DNA of 64,000 nt, from contig CAVSDF010000010.1 in NCBI GenBank assembly GCA_963726715.1, positions 682,212 through 746,211 of the forward strand, in the 5' to 3' direction. Source of the DNA: Rhodothermales bacterium (GTDB lineage: Bacteria; Bacteroidota; Rhodothermia; Rhodothermales; BA12). This document shows, in pieces, positions 22,061 to 31,476 of the stretch (within the stretch, counting starts at the first letter, position 1; each line of letters begins with the position of its first letter). Under the pieces are notes generated by a model. That model saw nothing but the letters and a program-made list of their open reading frames with translations, did not search any database and had not been told where the DNA came from. Both the position numbers and the translations under genes were made by a program.

Positions 22061-22137
22061 ACTCGTCCTCCTTCGGCGGCTCGGCGCCGAGGAGGTGGCG
22101 GGTGAAGCAGTTCCCAGCGGCGGCGGATCATGCAGGC
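22061..22137 (-). repeat. about 77-bp remnant copy of the S9 peptidase 3' end (direct-repeat partner of 28803..28878)
   Basis: Hand alignment to 28803..28878 gives about 5 mismatches plus 1 indel. The ORF track translations show SFGGSAPRRWRVK at both loci. It lies in non-coding DNA upstream of the first hybrid kinase. Confidence 0.8.
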
Positions 22138-22479
22138 CCCTGCCGCGCCGAGCGAGGCCGAGGGCTCCGAGGCCGCCGCGACGTGTCGGCCACTGCGCTG
22201 CTGCAACCGCTGAGCGCGCTTACACAGGTGCATGTCCAGCATGGACCCACGCGCTTCAGCCGCGGCGCACTGCGGGCCTGTCCCGAGGCTCACTCCCTCT
22301 CAACCGTACAAACTGCCCGGGCGAATACTCGGCGGAGTTCCGGGAGCGGCAGACAAGTTCACACCAGCGTTCGTTACGCAAGAGTAACTTTTTTCTACCG
22401 GCACCTAACTTCCCTAACGGTAAGCACCACCCGGCCGATACTCAAGCGGTCCCGTCCTCCCTCGAGCGGGCCCCTCTCC

Positions 22480-25400
22480 ATGATGCACAACCGGTTTCTC
22501 GGCCTCTCCGACGACGCTCTGACCTTTCGTTTCACGAGTGCCCTGTTCGTCGGGAGTGTCGATCGGGCATGGCGAGACCAGGCGCGTGCGGTCGTCGATG
22601 CTCTTGCCGAGACCGGCATCGAGGGCAGCCCCCAGGCCGCGCGGGCGACCGACGCCTCTCTGCCAACCGCCCTTCCGGACCTCGTCTGCGCAGTCGGCAC
22701 CGACGGCTGCATCCACGAGATGACCCGCGAGGCCGCGGCCCTCTTCGGCAACCTCCTCCCCGCCTCGCGCCCCGGCAGCCTGCTCGACCTCGTCCACAGG
22801 GACGACCGCGCCCGGATGCGCACCGCTCTCGCCGACGTCCGGCCAGAGACGCCCATCGCTCGGATCGAGACGCGGTTCGCGTCCGCCGACGCGCCCGAGC
22901 GCGTGCTGGAATGGACCCTCGCCTGGTCCGACGCTCGCTCCGGCCTCCCGCCCACGAACGCCGACCCGCACGCCAGCGCCTGCATCGTCGCCGGTGCCCG
23001 CGACGTGACCGATGTGCGCCGGGCAGCGCAGGACACGCCCGCTCGTCGCGAGCGCGCCGACGCCAGCGAGCGCCGGTTTCATGCCCTCGTCGAATCCTCG
23101 GCCCTCATCGTCTGGACGGCCGATGCCACCGGGTTCGTCACCGAGCAGAGCCAGGCGTGGGAGCGCTTCACCGGCCAGACGCCCGAGCAGAGCAGCGGCT
23201 GGGGATGGACGCACGCGATCCACCCGGACGACCTGCCGCGCATCGCGCCGCTCTGGAGAACCGCACTCGCGCACCAGACGTCCATCGACCTCGAGTACCG
23301 ACTGCGGCGCCTCGACGGTGTCTACCGCTGGTTCTCCATTCACTGCGTGCCCGTCTTCGACGCCGCCGGTGCGTTCGTGGAATGGGTCGGATCGAGCACC
23401 GACATCGAGGACCGGAAGCAGGCCGAGGCCGCCCGCCGCACCAGTGACCTCCACTACGCGACTCTGCTCGACCACCTTCCCACCGCCGCCTACACCTGCG
23501 ACGCCGAAGGCCACATCGCCTACTTCAACGAGCACGCAGCGACCCTCTGGGGACGTGCCCCGCGCCTCCACGACGACGCCGACCGGTTCTGCGGCTCCCT
23601 GCGCCTCTACACCGCCGAGGGCGCGCCGCTGCCGCACGCGGACAGCGTCATGGCCCGCTGCCTGCGCGATGGACACGAGTACGCCGGTGAGGAGAAGATC
23701 GTCGAGCGCCCCGACGGGACGCGGCGGACGGTTCTCGCCAGCGCCACGCCGCTGCGGGACGAGACCGGCGCCGTCACCGGCGCCGTCAACGTGCTCATGG
23801 ACATCACCGAGCGCACGGCCCACGGGCGGGCCCTGCGCCAGAGCGAAGAGCGGTACCATCTGGTCGGGCAGGCCACCCACGACGCCATCTGGGACTACGA
23901 CATCGCCGCGGACCGCGTTCGGTGGACTCCCGCCATCGCCGACCACTTCGGCTGGACCGAGGCCCTCGCCGGCACCACCTACCAGTGGTGGCTCGACCGC
24001 GTCCACCCCGACGACCGCGCGGCCGTGACGACATCGGTCGAGCGCGAAGCCGCTGGCGAAGGCTCTCACTGGAGCAACCAGTACCGCTTCCTGCGCGCCG
24101 ACGGCACCTACGCCGACGTGCTCGACCGCGGCTACCTCCTCACCGACGGCACCGGGACGCCCCTGCGCATGGCCGGCGCCATGTTCGACGCAACCGAGAT
24201 GCGTCGCACCGACAGAGCGCTCCGGCAGAGCGAGGAGCACCTCCGCATCGCCCTCGAATCGGCGAGCATGGGCGCCTGGAGCCGGGACGTCATCGGCGAC
24301 CTCATGGAGTTCTCCGATCCCGCCTGCGAAATCTTCGGCGTGCCCGTCGGCAGCCTCAACGGCCCCTCCGATCTGTACATGGCCCTCGTCCACCCCGACG
24401 ATCTGCGCCATATCTACGCGGGCCGTGCCCGCGCCCGGGAGAGCAACGGCGTCTTCGACGCCGAATACCGCATTGCGCGTCCAGATGGCGCCATTCGCTG
24501 GCTGCACTCGAGGGGTCACATGTACCAGAACGACGCCGGCGAACCCGTCCGCATGGCCGGGACCATCGCCGACGTGACCGAGCGCAAGGAGCGGGAGCTG
24601 CAGCGCCGCCTGCTCGAGGCCGCCGTCAAGGACGCGACCGAATCGGTGCTCATCACCGACACGGCGCTCGACGCGCCCGGTCCTCGCATCGTCTACGTCA
24701 ACGCCGCCTTCGAGCGCATGACCGGCTACGCCGCCGCGGACGTGATCGGCCAGACCCCGCGCATCCTCCAAGGCCCCCTCACCGACGCGGCCCTCATGAC
24801 CCGCCTGCGCGAGGACCTCGAACACGGACGCCCGTTCCAGGGGCAGACGGTCAACTACCGCAAGGACGGGACGCCCTTCGAGATCGAGTGGTCGATCAGC
24901 CCGGTCGCCAACGAGCACGGCGAGACGACGCACTTCGTGGCTGTGCAGCGCGACATCACCGCGCGCAAGCAGGCCGAGCGGGATCTGCGCGTGGCCAAGG
25001 AGCGGGCCGAGGAGATGTCGCGCCTCAAGGACTCGTTCCTCTCGAACATGAGCCACGAGATCCGCACGCCGCTCACGGGAATCCTGGGCTTCGCCGAGAT
25101 CCTCGCCGAGCACGTCGACGCGGACGGGCGCGAATTCCTCGATGTGATCCACGCCAACGGCCAGCGGCTCATGGACACCCTGGAGGCGATTCTCCACCTC
25201 GCACAACTCGAAAGCGACTCGGTGGAACTGACGCCGAGCCGCTTCGACGCTGCCGCTGAGGTCCGGCGCCTCGTGCGCACCTTCGAGGCGCGCGCGCACG
25301 CCAAGGGGCTGGAGCTCACCGTCTCCGCGCCTCCCGGCGAGGTGCCCGTGACCACCGACCGCTCGGCGCTCCTGCGCCTTCTCTCGAACCTGGTCTCCAA

Positions 25401-26187
25401 CGCCCTCAAGTTCACCCGAGAGGGCCGCATCGACGTTCGGGTGACGGCGACCGAGACGGGCGTCGAGGTGGCCGTGTCCGACACCGGCATCGGCATCGGC
25501 CCCGACTTCCTGCCCCACCTCTTCGACGACTTCGCGCAGGAATCGGGCGGCCTCTCGCGCATGTTCGAGGGCAACGGGATCGGCCTGGCCATCAACCGCC
25601 ACCTCGCCCGGCTCCTGAGCGCGGAGATCACGGTCGAGAGCGAACAAGGCCAGGGAAGCTCCTTCACGGTTCACCTCCCCGAAAGCCTGCCCACCTCCGA
25701 AGGTCCACCCGCGTGGAGCGCCCCCATGCCAGAGCCGTCCAACACCGCTGTCCCGGTCGCAAGCCTGCCCCTGCCGCTGAAACGGGTCCCTCGCATCCTC
25801 GTGATCGAGGACAACAAGGAGACGCAGATGCTGCTTCGCCTCTTCCTCGAGAACCAGTACGAGGTCGACATCGCGCCCTCGTACGATGCGGCGGTCTCGC
25901 AGGCGCAGGCGCACCGGTACGACGCGCTGATCGTCGACATCACGCTCGAAGGCTCCAAGACCGGCGTCGACGTCCTTGGAAAGCTGCGCTCGATGGAGAT
26001 CTACCGGCACGCCCCCGCCATCGCGTGCACCGCCTACGCACTGCCGACCGACCGCGAGCGGTTCCTCGGCCACGGCTTCGACGACTACATCAGCAAGCCC
26101 TTCCGGCGCAAGACGGTCGAAGACTCGCTCCTGCGTGCGCTGAGCGGCGACGGCTCCAGCGCGCCTCCCCAGGAGCCCGCCCCCTGA
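22480..26187 (+). CDS. multi-PAS hybrid sensor histidine kinase / response regulator
   Basis: In-frame ATG at 22480 (MMHNRFLGL); the 5' extension of ORF 21760.. is GC-driven and overlaps the regulator and the repeat. It has repeated PAS/PAC units (..YRWFSIHCVPVFD.., ..IRWLHSRGHMYQND.., ..TPFEIEWSISPV..), the H-box [12 protein letters not shown], HATPase motifs (DTGIGI, GNGIGLAI), and a C-terminal receiver (RILVIEDNKE...DALIVDITL...KP). Confidence 0.85.
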   Translation: MMHNRFLGLSDDALTFRFTSALFVGSVDRAWRDQARAVVDALAETGIEGSPQAARATDASLPTALPDLVCAVGTDGCIHEMTREAAALFGNLLPASRPGSLLDLVHRDDRARMRTALADVRPETPIARIETRFASADAPERVLEWTLAWSDARSGLPPTNADPHASACIVAGARDVTDVRRAAQDTPARRERADASERRFHALVESSALIVWTADATGFVTEQSQAWERFTGQTPEQSSGWGWTHAIHPDDLPRIAPLWRTALAHQTSIDLEYRLRRLDGVYRWFSIHCVPVFDAAGAFVEWVGSSTDIEDRKQAEAARRTSDLHYATLLDHLPTAAYTCDAEGHIAYFNEHAATLWGRAPRLHDDADRFCGSLRLYTAEGAPLPHADSVMARCLRDGHEYAGEEKIVERPDGTRRTVLASATPLRDETGAVTGAVNVLMDITERTAHGRALRQSEERYHLVGQATHDAIWDYDIAADRVRWTPAIADHFGWTEALAGTTYQWWLDRVHPDDRAAVTTSVEREAAGEGSHWSNQYRFLRADGTYADVLDRGYLLTDGTGTPLRMAGAMFDATEMRRTDRALRQSEEHLRIALESASMGAWSRDVIGDLMEFSDPACEIFGVPVGSLNGPSDLYMALVHPDDLRHIYAGRARARESNGVFDAEYRIARPDGAIRWLHSRGHMYQNDAGEPVRMAGTIADVTERKERELQRRLLEAAVKDATESVLITDTALDAPGPRIVYVNAAFERMTGYAAADVIGQTPRILQGPLTDAALMTRLREDLEHGRPFQGQTVNYRKDGTPFEIEWSISPVANEHGETTHFVAVQRDITARKQAERDLRVAKERAEEMSRLKDSFLSNMSHEIRTPLTGILGFAEILAEHVDADGREFLDVIHANGQRLMDTLEAILHLAQLESDSVELTPSRFDAAAEVRRLVRTFEARAHAKGLELTVSAPPGEVPVTTDRSALLRLLSNLVSNALKFTREGRIDVRVTATETGVEVAVSDTGIGIGPDFLPHLFDDFAQESGGLSRMFEGNGIGLAINRHLARLLSAEITVESEQGQGSSFTVHLPESLPTSEGPPAWSAPMPEPSNTAVPVASLPLPLKRVPRILVIEDNKETQMLLRLFLENQYEVDIAPSYDAAVSQAQAHRYDALIVDITLEGSKTGVDVLGKLRSMEIYRHAPAIACTAYALPTDRERFLGHGFDDYISKPFRRKTVEDSLLRALSGDGSSAPPQEPAP

Positions 26188-26282
26188 CCTCCTTTCCCGA
26201 ACCGAGCGCCCGGTGAGACGGCCCGGGAAACACCGACCGCACGCCGCCCGTGCCCGGTTGGCCTCTCCCTCTCCGATCGTTC

Positions 26283-28739
26283 ATGACGCACGCCCCCACC
26301 CCGGACCTCCTCGGGCTTCTCTTCGCCCGCTCCGCCGTCGAGATGGGGCTGGTCGACCTCGCCGGTGACGAGATCGTCCACGTCTGCTCCAACCGTGCGC
26401 CGCACGAGGCCGCGGTGGACATCGAGGGCCTCCGCGCGCCCGGCCCCGACGGCACTGGCGCGGCCGGGCGCGCGCTGTGGATCGCGGCCTGCCAGCGCTG
26501 CCTCGACACCGGCGCCGCCACCGAGTTCGAGTCCCGTCGCTCGGCCCCCGGCGAACCGGTCGTCGTGGCGCTGAGCGCCGCCGGCGTGTCGCCCGGCGGA
26601 CAGCCGCGCTTCGCCTACGTCACGGCCCTGTCCAGCCGCGCAGGCACCGACGCCGAACTGGCCGCGGCGCGCCGCGTGGCCGACGAGTCGCAGCGCATCG
26701 CCGAAGCCGCGCAGCACCGGGCCGAAGTGGCCCAGCGGACCGCCGAGGAAGCCCAGCGCATCGCCGAAGAAGCGCAGCGCGTCGCCGAAGACGCCGACCG
26801 CGCCAAGAGCGCCTTCGTGGCCAACATGAGCCACGAGATCCGGACGCCGATGAACGGTGTCATCGGCATGACCGAACTGCTGCTCCAGACCGATCTGACC
26901 GAAAAGCAGCGGCAGTTCGCCGACATCGTCCACCGCAGCAGCGAGACGCTCCTCTCGCTCATCAACGACATCCTCGATTTCTCGAAGATCGAAGCCGGTC
27001 TCTTCGAGCCCGAGAGCATCCCCTTCGACCTGCGCGCCTGCATCGAAGGCACGCTCGATGTCGTTGCGCTCAGCGCTGCCACGAAGAACATCGACCTCGT
27101 CTTCGAGGTCGATTTCGACGTGCCCCACCGCATCCTCGGAGACGAAGGCCGGGTGCGGCAGATCATCCTGAACCTGCTCAGCAATGCCATCAAGTTCACC
27201 GACAGAGGCGACATCCTCGTCACCGCCCGCGCCTCTCCGGTCGAAGACGACACCTTCGAGATTCAGGTGGCCGTGCGGGACACCGGCTCGGGGATCCCGA
27301 TGGATCAGCTCGACCATCTCTTCGAACGCTTCGTGCAGCTCGACACCTCGACCACGCGCAAGCACGGCGGCACCGGCCTCGGCCTGGCCATCTCGCGCCG
27401 CCTCGCCGAACTCATGGGCGGGCGGATGTGGTCCGAGAGCACGGTCGGCGAAGGCTCGACGTTCTCGTTCAGCTTCCTCGCCCGGTCCACCAACGCCGAT
27501 CTCCCCGATCACTACCGGGGCGACTGGCCGACGCTGATCGACCGGCGCATCCTGATCGTCGACGACAACGAGACGAACCGGCGCATCCTCCTCGCCCAGG
27601 TCAGCCACTGGGGAATGGCGCCGACGACGGCGGGATCGGCGAAGGAAGCCCTCGCGCTGCTCGACGCGGGCGCGGCGTTCGACCTCGCAATCCTCGACTA
27701 CAACATGCCCGAGATGGACGGCGTCGAACTGGCCCGACGCTTCAAGCGGCAGGACGGCGCCCCCGGCGTGCCGCTCGTGCTGCTCAGCTCGATCAGCGAC
27801 CACGTCCGCTTCGCCCCCGAGGACGAGCACCTGTTCGCCGTTCGCCTTACCAAGCCGGTGAAGATGGCGCTGCTCTTCCGCACGCTCCAGACGTCTCTGG
27901 TCTCAGCCGCCCCCCACCCGAGCGGCGCCGAGGCGGCGTCCTTCGACGCGGCCGAGATGCACGCGCTTCGGATTCTCGTCGCCGAGGACAACGAGATGAA
28001 CCAGATGGTCGCACTCGCTCTGCTGGAGCGCCTCGGCGCCTCCGCGGAGATCGCGCGCAACGGCGCCGTGGCCCTCGACCGCGTCGCCGAGGGCGCCTTC
28101 GACGTCGTCTTCATGGATGTCGAGATGCCGGAGATGGACGGCATCGAGTGCACGCGGCGCATCCGGCACGACCTGCCGACCGACCGGCAGCCCTGGATCA
28201 TCGGCCTCACCGCGAACGCCCTCGTTGGCGCGCGCGAGCGCGTGATCGCCGCCGGCATGGACGACTACCTCTCCAAGCCGATCACCCTGACGGCCCTCCA
28301 GGGCGCCCTCGACCACGCCACCGCTGCTCTCCGCGACCGGGCCGCCCACGCCGCGTCTGGCCCGGACGACGTGGCCCTGCTCAACGCCGATACCCTGCGC
28401 GGGCTGCTCGAGGACCTGGGGGCGCAGGAGATCCTCAACACCCTCCTGCTCCGCTTCCTCGACAGCGCACCCGGATACGTGGACCACTTCGAGCAGGGCC
28501 TGGAGAACGTCGGCACCGGCGAGGCCCGCCGGGCCGCGCACACGCTGAAGTCGATGGCCGCCATGATCGGCGCCGACCGGCTCTCCGCGCGCGCCGCCCA
28601 TGCAGAGGCGCACGCCCAGCAGGCCGACACACAGGCCATGCGCGAGGTGCTGCGCCATCTCCGCGCCGACCTCGAGCACGCCCGGCAGGCCATACGGACG
28701 GTCCTCGAAGACGGTCTCCCGCGGTCGATGGACCGGTAG
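26283..28739 (+). CDS. hybrid histidine kinase with two receiver domains and a C-terminal HPt domain
   Basis: ATG at 26283 ([10 protein letters not shown]). Motifs in order: H-box [12 protein letters not shown]; HATPase ([18 protein letters not shown]); REC1 ([27 protein letters not shown]); REC2 ([28 protein letters not shown]); HPt ([14 protein letters not shown]). Confidence 0.88.
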   Translation: MTHAPTPDLLGLLFARSAVEMGLVDLAGDEIVHVCSNRAPHEAAVDIEGLRAPGPDGTGAAGRALWIAACQRCLDTGAATEFESRRSAPGEPVVVALSAAGVSPGGQPRFAYVTALSSRAGTDAELAAARRVADESQRIAEAAQHRAEVAQRTAEEAQRIAEEAQRVAEDADRAKSAFVANMSHEIRTPMNGVIGMTELLLQTDLTEKQRQFADIVHRSSETLLSLINDILDFSKIEAGLFEPESIPFDLRACIEGTLDVVALSAATKNIDLVFEVDFDVPHRILGDEGRVRQIILNLLSNAIKFTDRGDILVTARASPVEDDTFEIQVAVRDTGSGIPMDQLDHLFERFVQLDTSTTRKHGGTGLGLAISRRLAELMGGRMWSESTVGEGSTFSFSFLARSTNADLPDHYRGDWPTLIDRRILIVDDNETNRRILLAQVSHWGMAPTTAGSAKEALALLDAGAAFDLAILDYNMPEMDGVELARRFKRQDGAPGVPLVLLSSISDHVRFAPEDEHLFAVRLTKPVKMALLFRTLQTSLVSAAPHPSGAEAASFDAAEMHALRILVAEDNEMNQMVALALLERLGASAEIARNGAVALDRVAEGAFDVVFMDVEMPEMDGIECTRRIRHDLPTDRQPWIIGLTANALVGARERVIAAGMDDYLSKPITLTALQGALDHATAALRDRAAHAASGPDDVALLNADTLRGLLEDLGAQEILNTLLLRFLDSAPGYVDHFEQGLENVGTGEARRAAHTLKSMAAMIGADRLSARAAHAEAHAQQADTQAMREVLRHLRADLEHARQAIRTVLEDGLPRSMDR
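26685..26810 (+). repeat. imperfect 21-bp (heptad) tandem repeat encoding a coiled-coil linker before the H-box
   Basis: About six consecutive heptads: ESQRIAE / AAQHRAE / VAQRTAE / EAQRIAE / EAQRVAE / DADRAK. The DNA shows recurring gcccagcgcatcgccgaaga units. Confidence 0.7.
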
Positions 28740-28776
28740 GCACGCCGGGCGGCTCGACGGCCGCCGCGACGCGGCA

Positions 28777-31125
28777 TCACCGCACCGGCGAGAGGCGGCC
28801 GAACTCGTACTCCTTCGGCGGCTCGGCGCCGAGGAGGTGGCGCGTGAAGTAGTCCCAGCGGCGGCGCATCATGTAGGTGCTCGCCGAGCCGTAGCCGTGG
28901 CGCGCGTTCGGGAAGAGGACGAGGTCGAAGTCCTTGTTGGCCTTGATGAGCGCCTCGGCGACGAGCATCGTGTTCGAGGGCGGCACGTTGTCGTCCATCA
29001 TGCCGTGGGCCAGCATCAGGTGGCCACGCAGGTTGGCGGCGTACGTCTGGTTGGCCTCCACGTCGTAGCTGTCGGTCGGGCCGGTGCGCGCGACGAGGCC
29101 CTGGTAGCGCTCGCCCCAGTCGTCCTCGTAGTTGCGCTGGTCGTGGTTGCCGGACTCGGCGATGCCGACGTCGAAGAAGCCGGGGTGCCGCAGGAGCGCC
29201 GCCGCCGCCGCAAATCCGCCGCCCGAGTGGCCCCAGATGCCGACGCGGCTCGTGTCGATGTACGGGTAGCGCGTCGCGAGTTCGCGGATGCCGGCGATCT
29301 GGTCCGGCAGCGTGTTGTCGCCCATCCGCCCGTAATACGCGTCGTGGAAGGCCTTCGAGCGGCCCGGCGTGCCCATCCCGTCGATGGCGACGACGACGAA
29401 GCCGAGTTCGGCGAGCGCCTGGTTGTCGCCGCGCGCCGCCGAGAAGCTGCGCGAGCCGACGCTGCCCGACTGCGGACCGGGGTAGATGTAGTCGATGACC
29501 GGGTAGCGGCGCGACGGGTCGAGGGCCGTCGGGGTGAACATGAGGCCGTAGATGTCGGTCACGCCGTCGCGGCCCTTCATCCGCACCGGGGTCGGCGGGC
29601 GCCAGCCGGTCGCGGTCAGGCGCGAGATGTCGGCCCGCTCGACCGTTTGCAGGAGGGCGCCGCGCAGGTCGCGCACGACGGTCACGGGCGCCGTGTCGGG
29701 CGTCGAGTAGGTGTCGAGGAAGGCGTTGGTGCCCTCGGGGGCGAGGGTGACGACGTGGTTGGCGTCCTCGGGCGTCAGGAGCGTCAGGCCGCGTCCGTCG
29801 AAGCCGACGCGGTAGAGGTGGCGGAAGTACGGGTCGCGCCCGGCCTCGCGCCCGACGCCCATGAAGTAGACGACGCGCGCGGCCTCATCGACCCGCACGA
29901 CCTCGTCGACGTTGCCGTCGCCGGTCGTGATGGCGTTCTTGACGCGGCCCGTCGCCAAATCCACGAGCGACAGGTGCACCCATCCGGCGCGCTGCGACCA
30001 CCAGATCATCTCGTTCGTGGCCCCGAGCACGCGCCAGAGGTCTTCGCTCAGCGAGGCGTCGCCGATCTGCGTGGCGGAGGTCTCCTCCAGCACGGTCCGC
30101 ACGGCGCCCGTCGCGGCGTCGGCGACGCGGACGGTCGCCGTCTTGTGGTCGCGGCCCGAGGAGACGAAGACGAGGCGCTGCCCGTCGGCGGTCCACTGGG
30201 CGTCGCAGAGCGTGCCGCCGGAGCAGGCGATGTGGTCGCTGACGGTCGAGCGGTGGAAGTCCGGCGCCATCTGCAGGCGCGTGACGCGCGGCGCGGCGCC
30301 TCCCATCCCCAGATCGACGATCACGCGCGAGATGCGGAAGACGGCGCTGTCGCCGGGCAGCGGGTAGGCCCACGTCTCGGCGCGGGGCGTGCCGACGTTG
30401 GTGCTGACGAGGTGCATCTTGCCGACGCCGCGGCCGTCGTGCTGGAAGGTGGCGATGCGGCGGCTGTCGGGGCTCCACGTGAGGATGGCGCGGTCGGAGT
30501 GCGTCCAGCCCGCGTTGTCGGTCGCGTAGCCGAAATCTTCGACGCCGTCGGTGGTGAGCGCGGTTTCGCGGCCCGTTGCCACGTCGCGCGCCCAGAGGTT
30601 GTGGTCGCGGATGAAGACGTCGGTCTTGCCGTCGGGCGAGCGGCTCGCGTTGCGCACCGGCGGGGCGGTCGCGGCAGTCGCAGCGGCGGGCGTGCACGTG
30701 TCGGCGCGGCAGGTCCAGCGGCGGCCACCGGCGGAGACGGTCACGGCGTCGCCGTCGAGCTCGATGGCGCCGAAGGGCAGGCGCTCGGCGTCGACCGGCG
30801 TGCCCGAGGCGGCAGACAGAGCGCGGGCGAGGCGGGCGTGGTCGAAGGCGGGTTCGCGCGTGCGCTTGGCGGGATCGACGACGTAGAACATCCCCGAGCG
30901 CGCATCGCCGCCGCGGTACCAGAAGCGCCCGCCGGACATCCACCCCGGTCGCACGCTCGTCCCGCTCACGAGCGGAAACGTCGACGGCGCCAGCATCCGC
31001 TCGGCGCGGGCGTAGTCGGCGGCGGTGAGCGCGGGCTGCGCGAGAACAGGAGCGGCGGCGAGGCCGAGCAGCAGGACGGCCGACGAGACGGCCCGGAGCC
31101 GCGGTGCGGCGCGAAGGAGGCGCAT
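28777..31125 (-). CDS. S9 family serine peptidase (dipeptidyl-peptidase IV / prolyl oligopeptidase-like)
   Basis: The ATG at 31125 gives 782 aa with the signal MRLLRAAPRLRAVSSAVLLLGLAAAPVLAQ, a beta-propeller N-domain, and a catalytic domain with GIWGHSGGGF (GxSxGG nucleophile), HGMMDDNV and FPNARHGY. ORF 28777..33060 extends upstream spuriously. Confidence 0.9.
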   Translation of the reverse strand: MRLLRAAPRLRAVSSAVLLLGLAAAPVLAQPALTAADYARAERMLAPSTFPLVSGTSVRPGWMSGGRFWYRGGDARSGMFYVVDPAKRTREPAFDHARLARALSAASGTPVDAERLPFGAIELDGDAVTVSAGGRRWTCRADTCTPAAATAATAPPVRNASRSPDGKTDVFIRDHNLWARDVATGRETALTTDGVEDFGYATDNAGWTHSDRAILTWSPDSRRIATFQHDGRGVGKMHLVSTNVGTPRAETWAYPLPGDSAVFRISRVIVDLGMGGAAPRVTRLQMAPDFHRSTVSDHIACSGGTLCDAQWTADGQRLVFVSSGRDHKTATVRVADAATGAVRTVLEETSATQIGDASLSEDLWRVLGATNEMIWWSQRAGWVHLSLVDLATGRVKNAITTGDGNVDEVVRVDEAARVVYFMGVGREAGRDPYFRHLYRVGFDGRGLTLLTPEDANHVVTLAPEGTNAFLDTYSTPDTAPVTVVRDLRGALLQTVERADISRLTATGWRPPTPVRMKGRDGVTDIYGLMFTPTALDPSRRYPVIDYIYPGPQSGSVGSRSFSAARGDNQALAELGFVVVAIDGMGTPGRSKAFHDAYYGRMGDNTLPDQIAGIRELATRYPYIDTSRVGIWGHSGGGFAAAAALLRHPGFFDVGIAESGNHDQRNYEDDWGERYQGLVARTGPTDSYDVEANQTYAANLRGHLMLAHGMMDDNVPPSNTMLVAEALIKANKDFDLVLFPNARHGYGSASTYMMRRRWDYFTRHLLGAEPPKEYEFGRLSPVR
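28803..28878 (-). repeat. direct-repeat partner (authentic 3' end of the S9 peptidase CDS)
   Basis: See 22061..22137. Confidence 0.8.
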
Positions 31126-31426
31126 GGGAGACGGGGTGTGGTGGAGAGCGTGGATGTCCCGATGGTACCACCGAAGCGCCCACGCGCCAAGCTCCGCCGC
31201 GCCGTGCGGCCCTCCGGTGTTTCGGGCAGGGCGTGGGGTGGGGCGTTCGTCGTGGGGTGGGGGGCGTGGGTCGATTGCAGGCGAGGCGGCTGCGCGGGGC
31301 GGGCCGGCCGCTTCCGTGGCCCGGCGCTGCCCTGACAGGATGCCCTCGAAGCGCCGCGCACCCGCACGCGGCGCCACCCCACGCGGCGGGATGTGAGGCG
31401 GGCGCAACGAGTCTGGCGAGGCCCCG

Positions 31427-31433
31427 TATCTTG
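31427..31433 (+). promoter_or_regulatory. candidate -7-like promoter element TATCTTG upstream of the SpoIIE-family gene
   Basis: The context CCGTATCTTG is identical to that upstream of tRNA-Phe. It lies 44 nt before GTG 31477. Inference only. Confidence 0.3.
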
Positions 31434-31476
31434 ATGCTCGCCCTTCGCAGCCGCCGCGCTGCGCCCTCCTGCCGCC

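Noticed and set aside
21760-22479. The upstream 240 codons of ORF 21760..26187, considered as part of the hybrid kinase.
   Set aside because: This extension overlaps the response regulator on the other strand and runs through the peptidase-remnant repeat and an A/T-richer promoter-like stretch. Its translation is low-complexity. The first convincing start is the ATG at 22480.
22061-28878. The 77-bp repeat pair considered as a diversity-generating retroelement (template/variable repeat).
   Set aside because: There is no reverse transcriptase gene nearby. Mismatches are not adenine-specific. One copy is a non-coding remnant, not the 3' end of a target gene.
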